From contig JAQGDQ010000301.1 in NCBI GenBank assembly GCA_030141605.1, positions 186,001-250,000 on the forward strand: DNA of 64,000 nucleotides, written 5' to 3'. Below, piece by piece: positions 1 through 12,922 of this stretch (positions within the stretch are counted from its first letter, which is position 1; each line of letters begins with the position of its first letter). A program made the translations under genes and the position numbers. The DNA comes from Tubiluchus corallicola. Lineage: Eukaryota > Animalia > Priapulida. The notes beneath the pieces are model-generated. The model ran no database searches. It saw nothing but the letters and a program-made list of their open reading frames with translations, and had not been told where the DNA came from.

Positions 1-75
1 CCGAGTAATCCACTAGCCGAGGTGGGACATTTCTGTTTAAACGCATGTATTAAATTCGGCTAGTGGATTACTCGG
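1..75. repeat. Perfect 20-bp inverted repeat (hairpin) with 35-nt spacer; probable MITE subterminal region
   Basis: ccgagtaatccactagccga (1-20) is the exact reverse complement of tcggctagtggattactcgg (56-75). Confidence 0.85.
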
Positions 76-111
76 CGCTCCACACTGCAGAAAAGCATGT
101 CGTACAGGTGG

Positions 112-265
112 GGAAAGTCCTGCTGCGCAGTAGTTCGCGCAGTTAGTGTCGCCCTTGCGGCAATTCAGTACGGACTGTTGTTGTCAGGTACGCTACAGCG
201 CAGCTGTTCGCGCACCGGTATTTAGCAGACGAATTTATGAGATGCCTTCACCAAAGCCAGGCCGG
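112..265 (+). mobile_element. Non-autonomous DNA-transposon-like repeat, copy 1
   Basis: ctgcgcagtagttcgcgcagttagtgtcgccc...gtacggactgttgttgtcaggta... recurs in reverse orientation at ~5480-5625 and partly in forward orientation from 5853. Confidence 0.7.
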
Positions 266-3096
266 TGAGGTCTACTTTGCGTACTTCGCGTTGAGCGCAC
301 AGAATTGTGGGCATGATTCGGATTTTGCGCACAGGACTATGGGTACGCGCGAAATTCAACCAAGAACAGAAAATGGCTGCTGCATACGAGACTGTTGTAG
401 TATCCGATGTGAATGATTGCGTTCGAGTGATCAAACAACATGAATTAGATACTACAACTCATTATGTAGTTGAGTCGCAGCAGAAGCGATTTAGCGATGA
501 TGTCGGTAAGTGTCTATAGTCTTGGAGTACAATAGTGTCATAGCCAAGTGAGTTGTGGCACATGGCAGGCGTTTGCAAATTATATGTTAATAATAATTAG
601 TAAAATATTTTGAAAAGAAAGGCAATGTTGGCCTAAATTGCTTTAAGCATTAAGATATAAAAAAAGAAGTCTGTACTATTGAATCTGTCTGAGATGAAAG
701 ATATTTTGAATTACAGAGAATCGAATTATGCAGAGTCTTGAGTTTTGTTGTCTGAATTCTGTTATAATAGTACTATATTAATAGTCACTGTCATTCAGGG
801 GCCTATATTCATAAACACTGCATATGATAGGAAAAACTACTATGACATGATATGAAACTGCATATGATATGAAAAATAAGTGCTAACGCGGTGTTGAAAG
901 TTTTGTGAACTAAAATACCATACGTTGGAGTCTGATTTACATTTCAGATGTATCAAATGGTATTTATGACGATATTTATGAACCGTATCAGCCACGAACT
1001 TCACCGGAATTTCCACATTTGTAACCATTCGTATTGAAATCATTGTTCGACAATTTGAGCGTGAAATGCCTCATTCGTGATAAATTATCACAACTATTGC
1101 TGATTCTTGAGGAGTTTCAAAAGTTCTGAACACAAAAAATAAAAACAACATTTAAGAAATACAGAATTGCTTTTCAGTATAGTACCTATATCTGCATGTT
1201 ATATAGCCAAATGATATTGATTAGTGAGCCATCTAATGGGACAGACTTTTGCTTTTAAAACTATTTTGGAAAATAAGAACTTTATGATGCAGAATCAAGG
1301 AAAGTCAAAGTCCTGTGTGGAAAGATGGCTAAGAACATGCACCTACCTGTTAAACTTTATTTGCACATGTATCTTTAAATAATTTATATACTTTAGTATG
1401 ACCTACATCGGGTTCTGTGCAAATGTTCTTTGTCAGTGCACATAAAGAAACATTTGTTTTTGCTGTTTGCAAAAGTGTGCCACTATTTCTGTTGTCTTAG
1501 TTTATTAAGAGCAGTTTTTGGCAGCTCACTCTTATTCACAAATAACTTTGTGGCCTTTGATTTTAAATGACGTTGTGCACACAATGCAGTTGTGAAATTT
1601 TTACTGTTATACTGACCTTTACTAATGAAAAGTTTTTCCTCACATAAGAAAATAGCAGAGAGAGTTAACATAAGTTTTTGCAAGTTCACAATTCTTTTCC
1701 ACACAAAAGATAAATGGCCCATGATTATTTCACTTCTCAGATATTTTTCAGCTATCTGTAATGCAGTTTCTTGTATACATGTTCTAGTAGACTAGTAAAA
1801 CCAGCAGTTATTGGTGTATTTACAAAGCAGCACACAAAGGAATACTACACTTGCTGTCTTGTTTATCTGTGTTATTGCTGGTAGCCTCTAGAATATTTTA
1901 TAATGGATCGCACACATTTTATAATAACTGCTGCCAATACTTATGTAGCTGGAATGCTAATGCACGTGGAATCATTAGTGAGTTACTTAGGCTATTGCAG
2001 TTTGTGAGTTGTTAGTTTTTAGTTGTGTGTTGTTCTAAATATGTATATATTGATATATTGATATATGCTTGGAAACACAAACATTTTAAACTAGGTTTTG
2101 CACACATGTTGACATGTAAATCAGGGGAGCCAAATTTCAAATCCTTATGAAGATTTTAGTTAATACTGCTATTGTATGTCACAGTGTTTGATTTACGCAT
2201 ATAATTGGACAAGCATTTACAATACGAACAGCTAAAGCAGACTTCATATTACACATGTTAAAATTGCAACCATATCAGTTTGCCACAACAGTAACACAGC
2301 TCTTGAATTACAATAATGCTAAGTCGATGCTTGCAGCTTGTCAATGTCTACTTATGTTTTATGTACAGTAAAAAGTAAATTTCCTCTCTCAACACACTTC
2401 AGCTTCAAGGTTGTCTAATTTTGTCAATGGATATTCCTGTTGGTAACATGTCCACTATTTCATGCTGTTCTTCCTTCCGTAAAATTAAATGACTGATGCC
2501 ACCCAAGCTATGTGAGTGGACCACTTAGTATATTACTTTTATTCCTGAAAAAGTTACTACTATAGTTAGTACTAATCTGTATATATTTACAATAAACAAA
2601 GCTAATAAAAATGAACCCAATATAGCAAATTAAAAAAATAATATGAATTAAATAATAATAATGTGAGTCTTTTACAAGTTTCCTTATTCAGCTTTCATAT
2701 ATATATAAAAAATACTTTGCACTTTCACCAGAAAGATGGACAGTACCATATTTAGCTTTTAGTCACTACAAACTTCTGGTAACTTGAAGGCATCAATAGT
2801 TTTAGTTATGCAAAACTAAATTAACGAATGCATCACTAATGCATTTTAGTTTACTGAATAGCGTTCCAAACTGAGATTTGTAAAACTCAGTTTCTACATG
2901 TCAGAAAGATTGTCAACTAGTTTACAGCTACAATTTCTTACCATTTTTATTAGTAGCAGCACTCTACACCATTAAAATTGTTGTTGAAACTGACGATAAT
3001 GTAATTTGCCACGCCGGGTTGTTTACACATCGAATAACATCATTTTACCCATGATCCTGTGCGCTCAACGCGAAGTACGCAAAGTAGACCTCACCG
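263..3096 (+). mobile_element. 2.8-kb DNA transposon remnant bounded by perfect 40-bp TIRs (possibly Mutator/MULE-related)
   Basis: cggtgaggtctactttgcgtacttcgcgttgagcgcacag (263-302) has an exact reverse complement at 3057-3096, and the match continues imperfectly for ~9 bp. A short ATG exon (MAAAYETVVVSDVNDCVRVIKQHELDTTTHYVVESQQKRFSDDV) ends at a gtaagt donor near 506. No TSD visible. Confidence 0.75.
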
Positions 3097-5229
3097 TTCG
3101 AAGTATTGTCAAAGTGTATAAAGAGGAAGCGAAAGGCTATTGTTACGTATTTCGTTTTTGCGATTAGCGGCTATGCTGGCGGCATCAAACGGCCAATCAG
3201 TAAAAAAAAATTTGCGGCGCATTGACAGTAATAATAATATTCTTAAGTTCACCAATGTATTTTGGCATACGCTCAATTTTGATAAGCCAAAATCACTTTT
3301 GCGTTTTTAATAAAAGAAGTATATCTCAATTAAAAGCAATTATTAGTTTAAAAAAACTGAAAACATTTCATGAAAAGGAAAAAAATTGTAGCAATAAGTT
3401 TGTATTATGTACTTGCAAATGCCTCTTCAGTTTTCTTGTAAGTAAAATTTTGTTTTTCCTGAGGAAAGAGGCAAGCTGACTGCGTGATGGGCTGCCTACT
3501 ATGTAAAAAAGTAATGCATTTTTTATAGATTTTTCTCTCCCTCCCTCTCTTAGAGGGAGCGGAAGAGAAACAGTGAAATGGAGGGAAAGGGAAAGAAAGA
3601 GAGAGACAGAGAGAGGGGGAGAGAGACAGAGAGATCATTCTTTTCTTTTTGTTGAAGGTTCTGCCATTTGTTTCTTGGTCATTTTACTCCAATGGGAGGT
3701 AGCGAATTTGGCACATTAAAAATTGCACCCATTTACGTGCCCTGCAATTAATCTATATAATTACACATATATTATATTGTAGGTTTGTATATAAATAATT
3801 CGCACACGCATGCATGCACACAACAAGTAATTACAGTGCTTCATATATTAAATTCAATTCAATTCAAAACGTGCATTTATTTCCATATTCATGATATAAC
3901 TGAGGCAAGTAAATGTATTTAATTTTCACAATGGATATACGATGGTGAAAGACCAAGAGGGTCAACTAGTCAAACCATCCTTCAATGGATGTATGTGATT
4001 ATTGGGATGACACTGTAACTATTTCACTCATGAATAGTAGTGAAATTACATTATTGCTATTTTACTTAGCAACTTGATCTGTTTAAAATTCTCTAATCAA
4101 CTTTAAATAACTGAAGGATGAAAACGCAATCAAAGATATCTAAACATACAGGAAAATGATAAACAAAAAGCAATGGTAAGCAAAAGCCAAATAATGTGGT
4201 ACAAATGAATAAAAAATTCAAGCTGTCATATCGTCCATGCATAACTCAATATGAGAAAAACATGCAAAATAATAACAATAATACTAAATAAAAAATAATA
4301 AAAAACAAATTAAATAAAATGAAAAGCAAGCTAGCCAAACAGAAATTTATATAAACTTTCAAATAGGGAACTGAATCAAGCTGCAAAATACATGCATTAA
4401 AATAATAACTAAAGAGTCTGATTAATAAACAAAACAAAAGAAAAACAAATAAGATCAGCTAAGTTTGAGTTAAATACCGAAAATTAGATTCCACGAAGCT
4501 GAGCCTATATATTTAACTATATAAAATGATTGCCCTTGGCACCTAGGCCTATATAAAATCAATTAATTTAAGCCCATCAATAAATAATATTTATCAAGAC
4601 TTGTCAGTGGATTTAGCCACATGTGTTTTATTAGTACGCTTATACAAGTACATTTTTTACATGTAAGCAAACTGTATTTAATTAACATTTATTTTGATAT
4701 AGATTTTGACCTAGTTAGTTGGTTGTTATAGAGGTGGAAGTAATGTGGGCTGATTAGGATGACAGCTCTGATGTTTCGTTCAGTTATTTTTTGTTCACTG
4801 ATAATAAAAAAGAGGAGTAATGTCATAAATGCATCTCTGCTTGCTCAACGTAATTTTATAACTAACTCCAACTCATAACAAAGGCCAATGTATGATTATA
4901 TGCTTTTTAAACATTTTTTAACTTGGAATTAACAAAACATGCAGATGCTTAGTTAAGTTTTGTTCTGGAAAATTATTTGCTCTTCTGAAAAAATCGATTT
5001 TTTTCTATGAAAGGTATTACACATGAAAGTCAGGCCTAATATTTCTTCAAGTTATATTTCCTGATAAGAACATATTAAATAGGAATGTTTTTTAGAAAAA
5101 ATATTTCTCCAGAAATCGAATACTACATGAGCCAGGTATTTGCAAACTTTCTTTTTGATCAACTTTCTTAACTTATTTTGTAAACAAGCCTATTAATTTT
5201 TATGAGATATGATTATAATAATTTTTATT

Positions 5230-5625
5230 TTAACTACTAATTATTCTTAATGCCTTATGCTTGCTTTAAATACTTTTCAAAAATATGACAGCTGCTATAA
5301 ATCGCCAAAGAGAGATGTAGGCCTTGCAGTTTTTGCTTAGTGTACAAAATATTTAACTTGTAACAAAAGTTACAAGACTGTGTTATAATTAACAATTTAT
5401 TATAATTACCTGGCTGCATCCTTGCGAAATTTAAAAAGATATTTTTATTTGTGTTTTTGCAACTCACTGAGTAATTTATGAGCCGGCCTGGTTTTGATGG
5501 TCTCATCAATTCATCTGCTACAGTACCCATAGCTTGCGCTGTTGCATACCTGACAACAACAGTCCGTACTGAACTGCCGCTAGGGCGACACTAACTGCGC
5601 GAACTACTGCGCAGTAGGGTTTCCC
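5230..5625 (-). mobile_element. Non-autonomous repeat, copy 2 (inverted)
   Basis: Reverse complement of 112-265 and of 5853-6208. The spurious ORFs 5255-5530(-) and 5971-6183(+) translate to near-identical peptides. Confidence 0.75.
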
Positions 5626-5852
5626 TACTTCTGTGGTTTGTATTCTTTGGTAATGTTCTATGGAACTGCGGACCCGCACGATTTGCGCAGCTCGGACCCA
5701 AACTTTTTGCGGACTACGGAACTAGACAACTTCTTAACTATTGTTCACGGACCCAACAGCGAGATACGTAAATCATACAATGTTTAATTATTCTTTAGGC
5801 TTTTTTCTAATAATGGGGGGCATATTTAATGTTTAGTAACTGATAGTGACCA

Positions 5853-6208
5853 GTTGTTGTCAGGTACCATATAGCGCAAGCTGTTCACGCACCGGTGTGT
5901 ACTGTAGCAGATGAATTGATGAGACCACCAAAACCAGGCCGGTTAACAGGCGCTCATAAATTGCTCAGCAGTGAGTTGCGAAAACACAAATAAAAATATC
6001 TTCTTAAATTTCCCAATAATGCAGCCAGGTAATTATAATAAAATGTTAATTATAACACAGTTTTGTAACTTTTGTTACAAGTTAAATATTTTGTACACTA
6101 AGCAAAGACTGCAAGGCCTACTTCTGTCTTTGGCGATTTATAGCAGCTGTTATATTTTTGAATATTATTTAAAGCAAGAATAAGGCATTAAGAATAATTA
6201 GTAGTAAT
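5853..6208 (+). mobile_element. Non-autonomous repeat, copy 3
   Basis: ~350-bp inverted copy of 5230-5560. Confidence 0.75.
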
Positions 6209-6214
6209 AAATAC

Positions 6215-8860
6215 ATTCACGGATAAGTTCCAATTATTTAATACAAATATTACTTTTGAGTAAATTAAACCATGAAAGTCTATCAAAGGTCAGCTCAACT
6301 TCCAACAGCAAAGGTCACATGATACAAAATGCAAATTAGGTCACAGGTCATACAGCAGACTATAACATTAACTTGAAATTCAAAATTACACTGCTGTGGT
6401 TATCAAATTACTTTAAACTTACTAGAATTATAGAATACTCTTCTAATTACATATCAGGTAAGCACAAGCTCTCAAATTGTAACTTCAGAGAACAAATGAA
6501 CAACTGTAAAACTCAGTGATAGTAATCTGACCTTTGATTACAATACTCAATTGTAAAAGTCAACACTCAGTAATCTCATTGTGCCAGTTAATGACTTAAA
6601 TTAATGCAATTTTGGATTAAAGCATCTAGCATTAATCACATACAAATTTAAATCTTAAACAGAAATAAAAAATACAACCAGCAAATTCAATGTTACTACT
6701 GTAATAGTTACAATGGGAATATAACTTTGAAACCAACAGTGAAGTATGAATCTTCTGCACTTACAGCAAAGAATTACAACTGCAGTTTGCAAATTACAAG
6801 CCGCTAAAGTACCATATGCGCAAGCACTAAGATCAAGTTACTAAATACATGGGGTATCAACTTGATACACAAAAGTTAAGCTTTGTCACAAGACACTAAA
6901 GATGAAATTCAATACAAAATTCTATACTGTCTTCAAATTGTAAACAAATACCTTACGACAACTATCAACAAAAAACATTCAGAGCAATTAACAATACAGA
7001 AACATCACTCAATCAGCTACTGTAATAAATGAGAATTACAATTCAGGCATTCACTGTAAACCACAACATGACTGTAACACCTGAAAAAAACCTACAAATC
7101 CAGTTTCTTGGGTTTTTTAGCAATTCTTCCAGAGCAAGTTTGAACTACATCAGCTGGATGCTCTCTAGATCGGATATCACTCTCCTCATCACTTACGTCA
7201 CCTGGGACAGGATTAACATCACTGGGTACATTAATCTCAAGACGATGAAGACGTTGTATGGGGCGAACCAGCTTGCCATTAGAAGTTTTCACAGTAACAG
7301 TTCGCACTACACTATCACGTCATGTCCAGGATGCAAATTCTCAATTACAGCCATAGGCCATTTCAGACGGGGTATGTTTTCCTCTCGGATAATTACAACA
7401 TCTCATGCTTTAGGAGGATGGTGCTCTGACCCAGGAAGAACACGTGGTAAAAGCTGTAGATATTCTTTTTGCCAACGCTTCTCAAGTTGTCTTGTCACCA
7501 TACATCGATGTTTCTGTCGGGCTGTTAACGCTTCATTACTTGAGTCTAAAATACTGGGAGTCTCTAAAGGTGTTTCTAGCATTGGTCTGCCAATAAGGAA
7601 ATGAGCAGGGGTAAGACACATCTCATCACCGACATAAGTTAGAGGATGAGCATTAATAGAAGCTTCTACTTCAGTAAGTGTTGTTGCAAACTCCTCCTTA
7701 CGAAGGAAAGCACGTCCCAGCGCTTTTCTCAATACAGTTTTAAGAGACCGCCTCAGACCGGACCATTCTCTCGAAAAAACCACCCCACCAGGGAGCATTA
7801 AATTGCCATATGATACCTTTATCACTTACAAATTTTTGAACCAATTCATTCTTGAAAGTAGTAGCATTATCACCTATGATGCGCTTTGGATAGCCACGTC
7901 GACCAAAAAACCGCTTTAGCATGTCAACTGCATCCTCTGCTGATAGGCTATGTACCAGTTCAAAATGTACAGCACGTGTAGTAGAACAAGTCAGAATCGC
8001 GACATACACCTTTTGATCGAGTCTCAACTTCACATCTTTAGCAACATGAAAAGGCCCAGCATAATCCAGGCCAGACACCACAAATGCCCCTTCAAAAGTA
8101 ATATGAGTAGAAGGAAGAGGGGCTGGTACTTGGTCGCATTGCCTTGCATGAATCTTCCGGCAGATAACACAATCACTGAGTACACGTGATACCGATCTCC
8201 TACCGTGTACAATCCAATACTTCTCATGTAATGCACATAGGGTTTGATTCACGCCAGCATGGAGATGATTTTCGTGATGAAAGCGAATCAAGAGAGTAAC
8301 AATGTATGAATGCTGTGGAAGAATCACCTGAAGTTTATTCTCACACCCAAGTCTTCCACCAATTCTCATTATTCCAGCTTCATCTAATTGGGGATCAAGT
8401 AAATACAGCTTCGAATCCCTTTTCACATGTTTATCCTGAATTAAATGCTTTTTATCAGTTGCATAATGAATCTGTTGTACAGAAAGGCACCATAATCTCT
8501 CAGCATTATGCAATTCATCAGCAGTGATCACATCGCCGAGCTGTCTGTTGCTAGCTGGTTTCCTCAAGTTAGATACAAAACGTATAACCCAGGCTGTCAC
8601 TCTACGCAATTTACGAAAAGGGCTAAAGTTAGTTACTCGTATGATATTCTGTACACTAAAGTCAGGGTCTTCCAAAGCAAAGTTCACATCAACAGTGTGC
8701 ACAGCATTATTCTCTAAATCTGGCTTACCAGGCCACTTATCACAAGACAGGTATAACCAAGCAGGACCTGTGAGCCACATAGAAAGAAGAAGTTGATTCA
8801 TAGTCCCTCCTGGATTTTGCGCACCAGTCACATGACCCCCAGTCACAAGAATGACTGACA
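6215..8860 (-). mobile_element. Internally deleted BEL/Pao LTR retrotransposon
   Basis: Pol remnants in three frames: WLTGPAWL...LRRVTAWVIRF, integrase zinc-binding H...H...C..C (HHENHLHAG...CVIC), integrase core GLDYAGPF...TCSTTRAVHFE...DNATTF...PWWGGFFERMV, and DUF5641-like LTPAHFLIG...W.KEYL...RPIQRL. The 5' end on minus reads TGTCAG... (LTR start) then a PBS-like TGGTGCG at ~8826. Confidence 0.9.
7092..8770 (-). pseudogene. BEL/Pao pol fragment (connection, integrase, DUF5641), frameshifted
   Basis: ORFs 7740-8861, 7403-7825 and 7092-7307 are consecutive parts of one pol, broken by frameshifts or stops. Confidence 0.88.
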
Positions 8861-9102
8861 TGATTGTTCAGCAGTGTACCAAAGAAGAAGGCTTCGATGT
8901 TTTGTCATTCTGGGAAAGCCAGAAGACTTCTTTTCCAAGTCTACACCACACTGCAAAGCTGATGTTTAGTGTCCCTGCTTCATCAGCACCATCTGAACGT
9001 GTGTTCAGCTTGAGTGGACATACTTTTAACAAGAGAAGCACAAGATTGAATCCACAAAATTTGGACAGGATTTTATTTTTAAACTGCACAAAAGTGATAT
9101 GA
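8861..9102 (+). pseudogene. hAT transposase C-terminal dimerisation domain fragment
   Basis: DVLSFWESQKTSFPSLHHTAKLMFSVPASSAPSERVFSLSGHTFNKRSTRLNPQNLDRILFL matches the W...FP.L...A...L..PASSA.SERVFS consensus. Confidence 0.9.
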
Positions 9103-12100
9103 CATTAATCATTTGCAAGAAAGGCCAGTTTTTTAGCAATACGATTGTTACATCACATGCTAAGTGTAATGTTTTCTGTTGTTTACTGTTTGTAGTCCTT
9201 ACTTGCATACACTTTTAAATGATAGTGGTAACAATAATAGTGAACTTCTAATGATGAATCTGATGCGACTGCTGCTGCTGATGATGATGAATTTTAATGA
9301 TGATGATGATGATGCTAGTGGCGGTGGTGATGGTGGCGATAAAATCAGTGATGATAAAACAAATAAGAGATAACTGTAGCTGCTACAACTCTTATTGGAG
9401 ATTTATTACAACTATGTTCCTAGAGTTTCAAAGGTGACACACTTTTGCTGATGATCACTTATTAACAACTATGCATTGAAATGATGACGGTGACACAACG
9501 TTATGATTGATGTTCGAGTTACAAGTAATATAATTACTTATCTCTAGTATAGAGACAATTGTTTATTACTACATAAGTTATCATTATTTTTAATGTCATT
9601 GCACCAATAATAATTTATAGTGCTAGCAAAAATTTATAAATGTGCTGGCCAGACTTCAGCTAGTTTACTTAAAGTCTCTCTGGCCTGGTTTCATGATAGG
9701 ACACATATATTTAAAGTTTAGCACCTGACATAATCATTTTTGCTATTCCGGACCTTGCCGAACGCGGATCTGACGATTTCCTATGGTCCGCGGATCGCGA
9801 ACCATTCTTCTGCGGCCCGCGGAGTTGCGGACTTGAAAATGCTGGGTCCGCGACTCTGTTCTACACTAGCAATTTGTCTAAGCGCGCTTTATCTAAATCT
9901 ATGGTAAAAACATGGTAACCAAAGACGCTTTCTGTATCTCGTACGTTATTCTCGCTCACTCGCGTCAAATATGCAATAGAAACATAGCGCATACGTTCAA
10001 AATTCGCCTGAAAAGTATGTTGTTTAATTTATAAGTCTTTTGTGTTTAACTGTGAATACTTTGAGTAATAATGTGATAAAAAAACTTCAATGTCTGTTGG
10101 AGTTATATAGACCTTTAGTAGTATTATTGGAATTAATGTGATGTGACAGTGGTTTGAAATATTGGAGTTTGTGATTATGTTTTGTAGGTATTGCTGCTTA
10201 GGTCCTCAGACCCGAAGCTCTCACCTAGCCTAGGTAATCTAATTAAATCTTTATTACGTTTTGTAGTTAACATGAGTATATTGAGTACATAAGCAGTAGA
10301 GCGAGAAGAGCGTAATCTATATCAAATAATTAATGCGAATATTTAATTCATTTATTACTAATATTTCTCAACATGTCGATAATTTATGAGCAATTTTAAC
10401 TTCATATTTATTTGCTGGTATTATTCGTTGTTACATTGTGTCCAAAATAGGCCTACAATTATTTTTTATGTGTTGTGTCACTAATTTGTTCTAATGCGCG
10501 CTTGATTAATCGGAACGTTATGTTTTTATTTATTTCAGTGAATTTGGTCTTACTCTACTTCTTGGCCATCCATATAATATCATAGAAAAGATGTAAAGTA
10601 TATTATTTATAAAAACTGTATTTTTTATTTCAATTTTATTATATACTAAAACATTCATTTTCTCTTTTACTTTTATTTATATTTATTAATGTAAATCCTG
10701 TATTATGTGTCTGAATTATTTCGCTCATTGTTTTACAAGTATCATTAAGTTTTATTACATTTTTTGTTGAGTCATATTGTCTATATTTAATCACATACTC
10801 ATATTTTGTTTACTCCACTTGTTTCTGTATTAGTTCTTGTGTTCAATAGTCCTTTCACCATTATGCTTAAGATAATTTGATTAAACACTATTGCGAATTT
10901 TCGTTTCATTATATTTAGTTTGACTTTATCATCCATATTTTGTTTTCTTCACTGATTTATTATTTAGGTTTTATTTTCTTCTTTTGGTTTGACTTGATTT
11001 TCTAGTTTATGTTTGAATCGGTTAGTTAAGTGTTTTACCCATTTGGTTGATCATCATTGCATATTTTTCATTTTATCTTAATGCTTCCTTGTTGCATACA
11101 CTATTTAGATATTTCGCTTTCAAGTTCAATTTCTTCCCCCATAAATTTATGAATTTATGTTAACAGTTGATTTTCTTAACCTACTTCATAATTAGATTAG
11201 ATGGTTTAATTAGCAGTGCTACAATTTTTTTTACAATTTACACTAATTTACACTGCTATGTCTATGTATGTAATGTTTTTATGGCAATAAACTTAAACTT
11301 ATTATGTACGTGCATTATTCGTTCTCAAAATACATTACAGTCTATAGACTGTAGTTATTAGGGCTTTTACTACACAGTTAAATACTTTAATTGAATTGGG
11401 TACATTGAATGAGTGCTCGTTTGTAATTTTGTATAATATTATGTTGTCTTGGAGGCTGACTATGCCGTCCGTCAACCGGCAAACAGGTTCCAGGCAACGA
11501 ACCTGTATAAAGTCTCGCTATGGCTACCATTGAACCAGACAGAGCCTGCAGGTATTATATAGTCTACACATGCCAGCACGTTTCTATGGCGTGTACAGTC
11601 TCCACGAAATTCATTATCGAGCCTAGTCAATCACGTGTATTTCAGACAGGTATAACTAATTAAAATGGAGGGTAAATGCATCGATACTGGAGTGCTGGAA
11701 TAAAGTTTAGTGTAACGTGTGGAACGCAAAAGATTATAATTATGCTGACACTATAGCTGCGTAATCTATCTATAAGTGTATGCAGGACTAACATGCCTAA
11801 ATTTACTTGTTTCACATTTGCAATGGTGCGGTTCAGTTAGCATTTCCAATCCGGAACAGACGATAAAGCTGATGACAGGTAACCTGTAATAATTCTAGTT
11901 ATTTTTTACACTTAAAATGTTTAGCTTACAAATTTGTGAGACGAATAATTACCCATATAATCTGCCGAGCTGATACGGTTTTCAAAACTTGTGATGAAAA
12001 TTATTATAGTTTCTTAGTTTTGATCAAAAATAAATGATCTGCATGATGACGGATAATTTCAGTTATTGCTGCTGTTTATCTGATAAAAAACATTTCACAC

Positions 12101-12922
12101 GTGCAGGATGTGTAACCAAGCTGCAAGTAATTTAAAACAACAATCTATCCTGCTGGTAAAAAATGGCAAACTCATTTGATGAACCATTATCATCATAATT
12201 TTCATCACATTAAGTGGCCTACAATGTGGATTAACACTGATGGAATACCATCCATTCATGATGTACATTGATGGAAAAGTTGACACAAGTACACAAGAAG
12301 GACTTAATAGGCCCATACCATTATAAATTTGCTAATCAATTTTATTAAATTTCAATTAAATTCCCCAAATCGAGAGACTATTGTAAAAAGCTCATATAAA
12401 AATGCAAACGTTTGACTAGGTTGGTAGCTCAAGGTATAGCTCATGCTCCCCTCTGATACCTCTTATAAACAGATAAACTGTATAAGTAATAAAGGTGGCA
12501 AGGTGTCCACAACTTGCATAAAAGAAGTGAATGGCTTGGGTGAATAATGGATGACTTTTATGTTAGTTCAAAGTCAATAATAAAATTTGAAAAGAAACAG
12601 TATAATAAAGGGCTTAACATATACGAAACAGGAAAATGAACTTGAAGGGTTGGGTGGAGGGTGACATTATGCATATGGATAAGCAAGTCTGCCTATAAAA
12701 GAGAACATTGTAAATTAGGTTTTGTTAAGCTAACCAACTTATAATAATTCTAATTATATTACACATTGTATGCAATCGTCCTTGAGATGACTTTTTTGAT
12801 AATCGCTTCTAAAGCAGCATTTATCAATTTTTAGTTTGCATTAATTTGTTTACAAAATAAATGTTTATAATCATGTCGGTTAAGAACAAAACGTGATAAT
12901 ATTATTTTTTTATATTTCCAGG

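Larger units (their letters stand above)
5651..9868 (+). mobile_element. Decayed hAT DNA transposon carrying nested insertions
   Basis: Imperfect TIR-like ends (taatgt...gcggaccc at 5651 vs gggtccgc...acacta ending 9868), clusters of (c)cgcgg/gcggac subterminal motifs at both ends, and a hAT dimerisation-domain fragment at 8861-9102. Confidence 0.55.

Noticed and set aside
7029-7604. 191-aa plus-strand ORF
   Set aside because: It is the antisense shadow of the BEL pol remnant and has no recognisable motifs.
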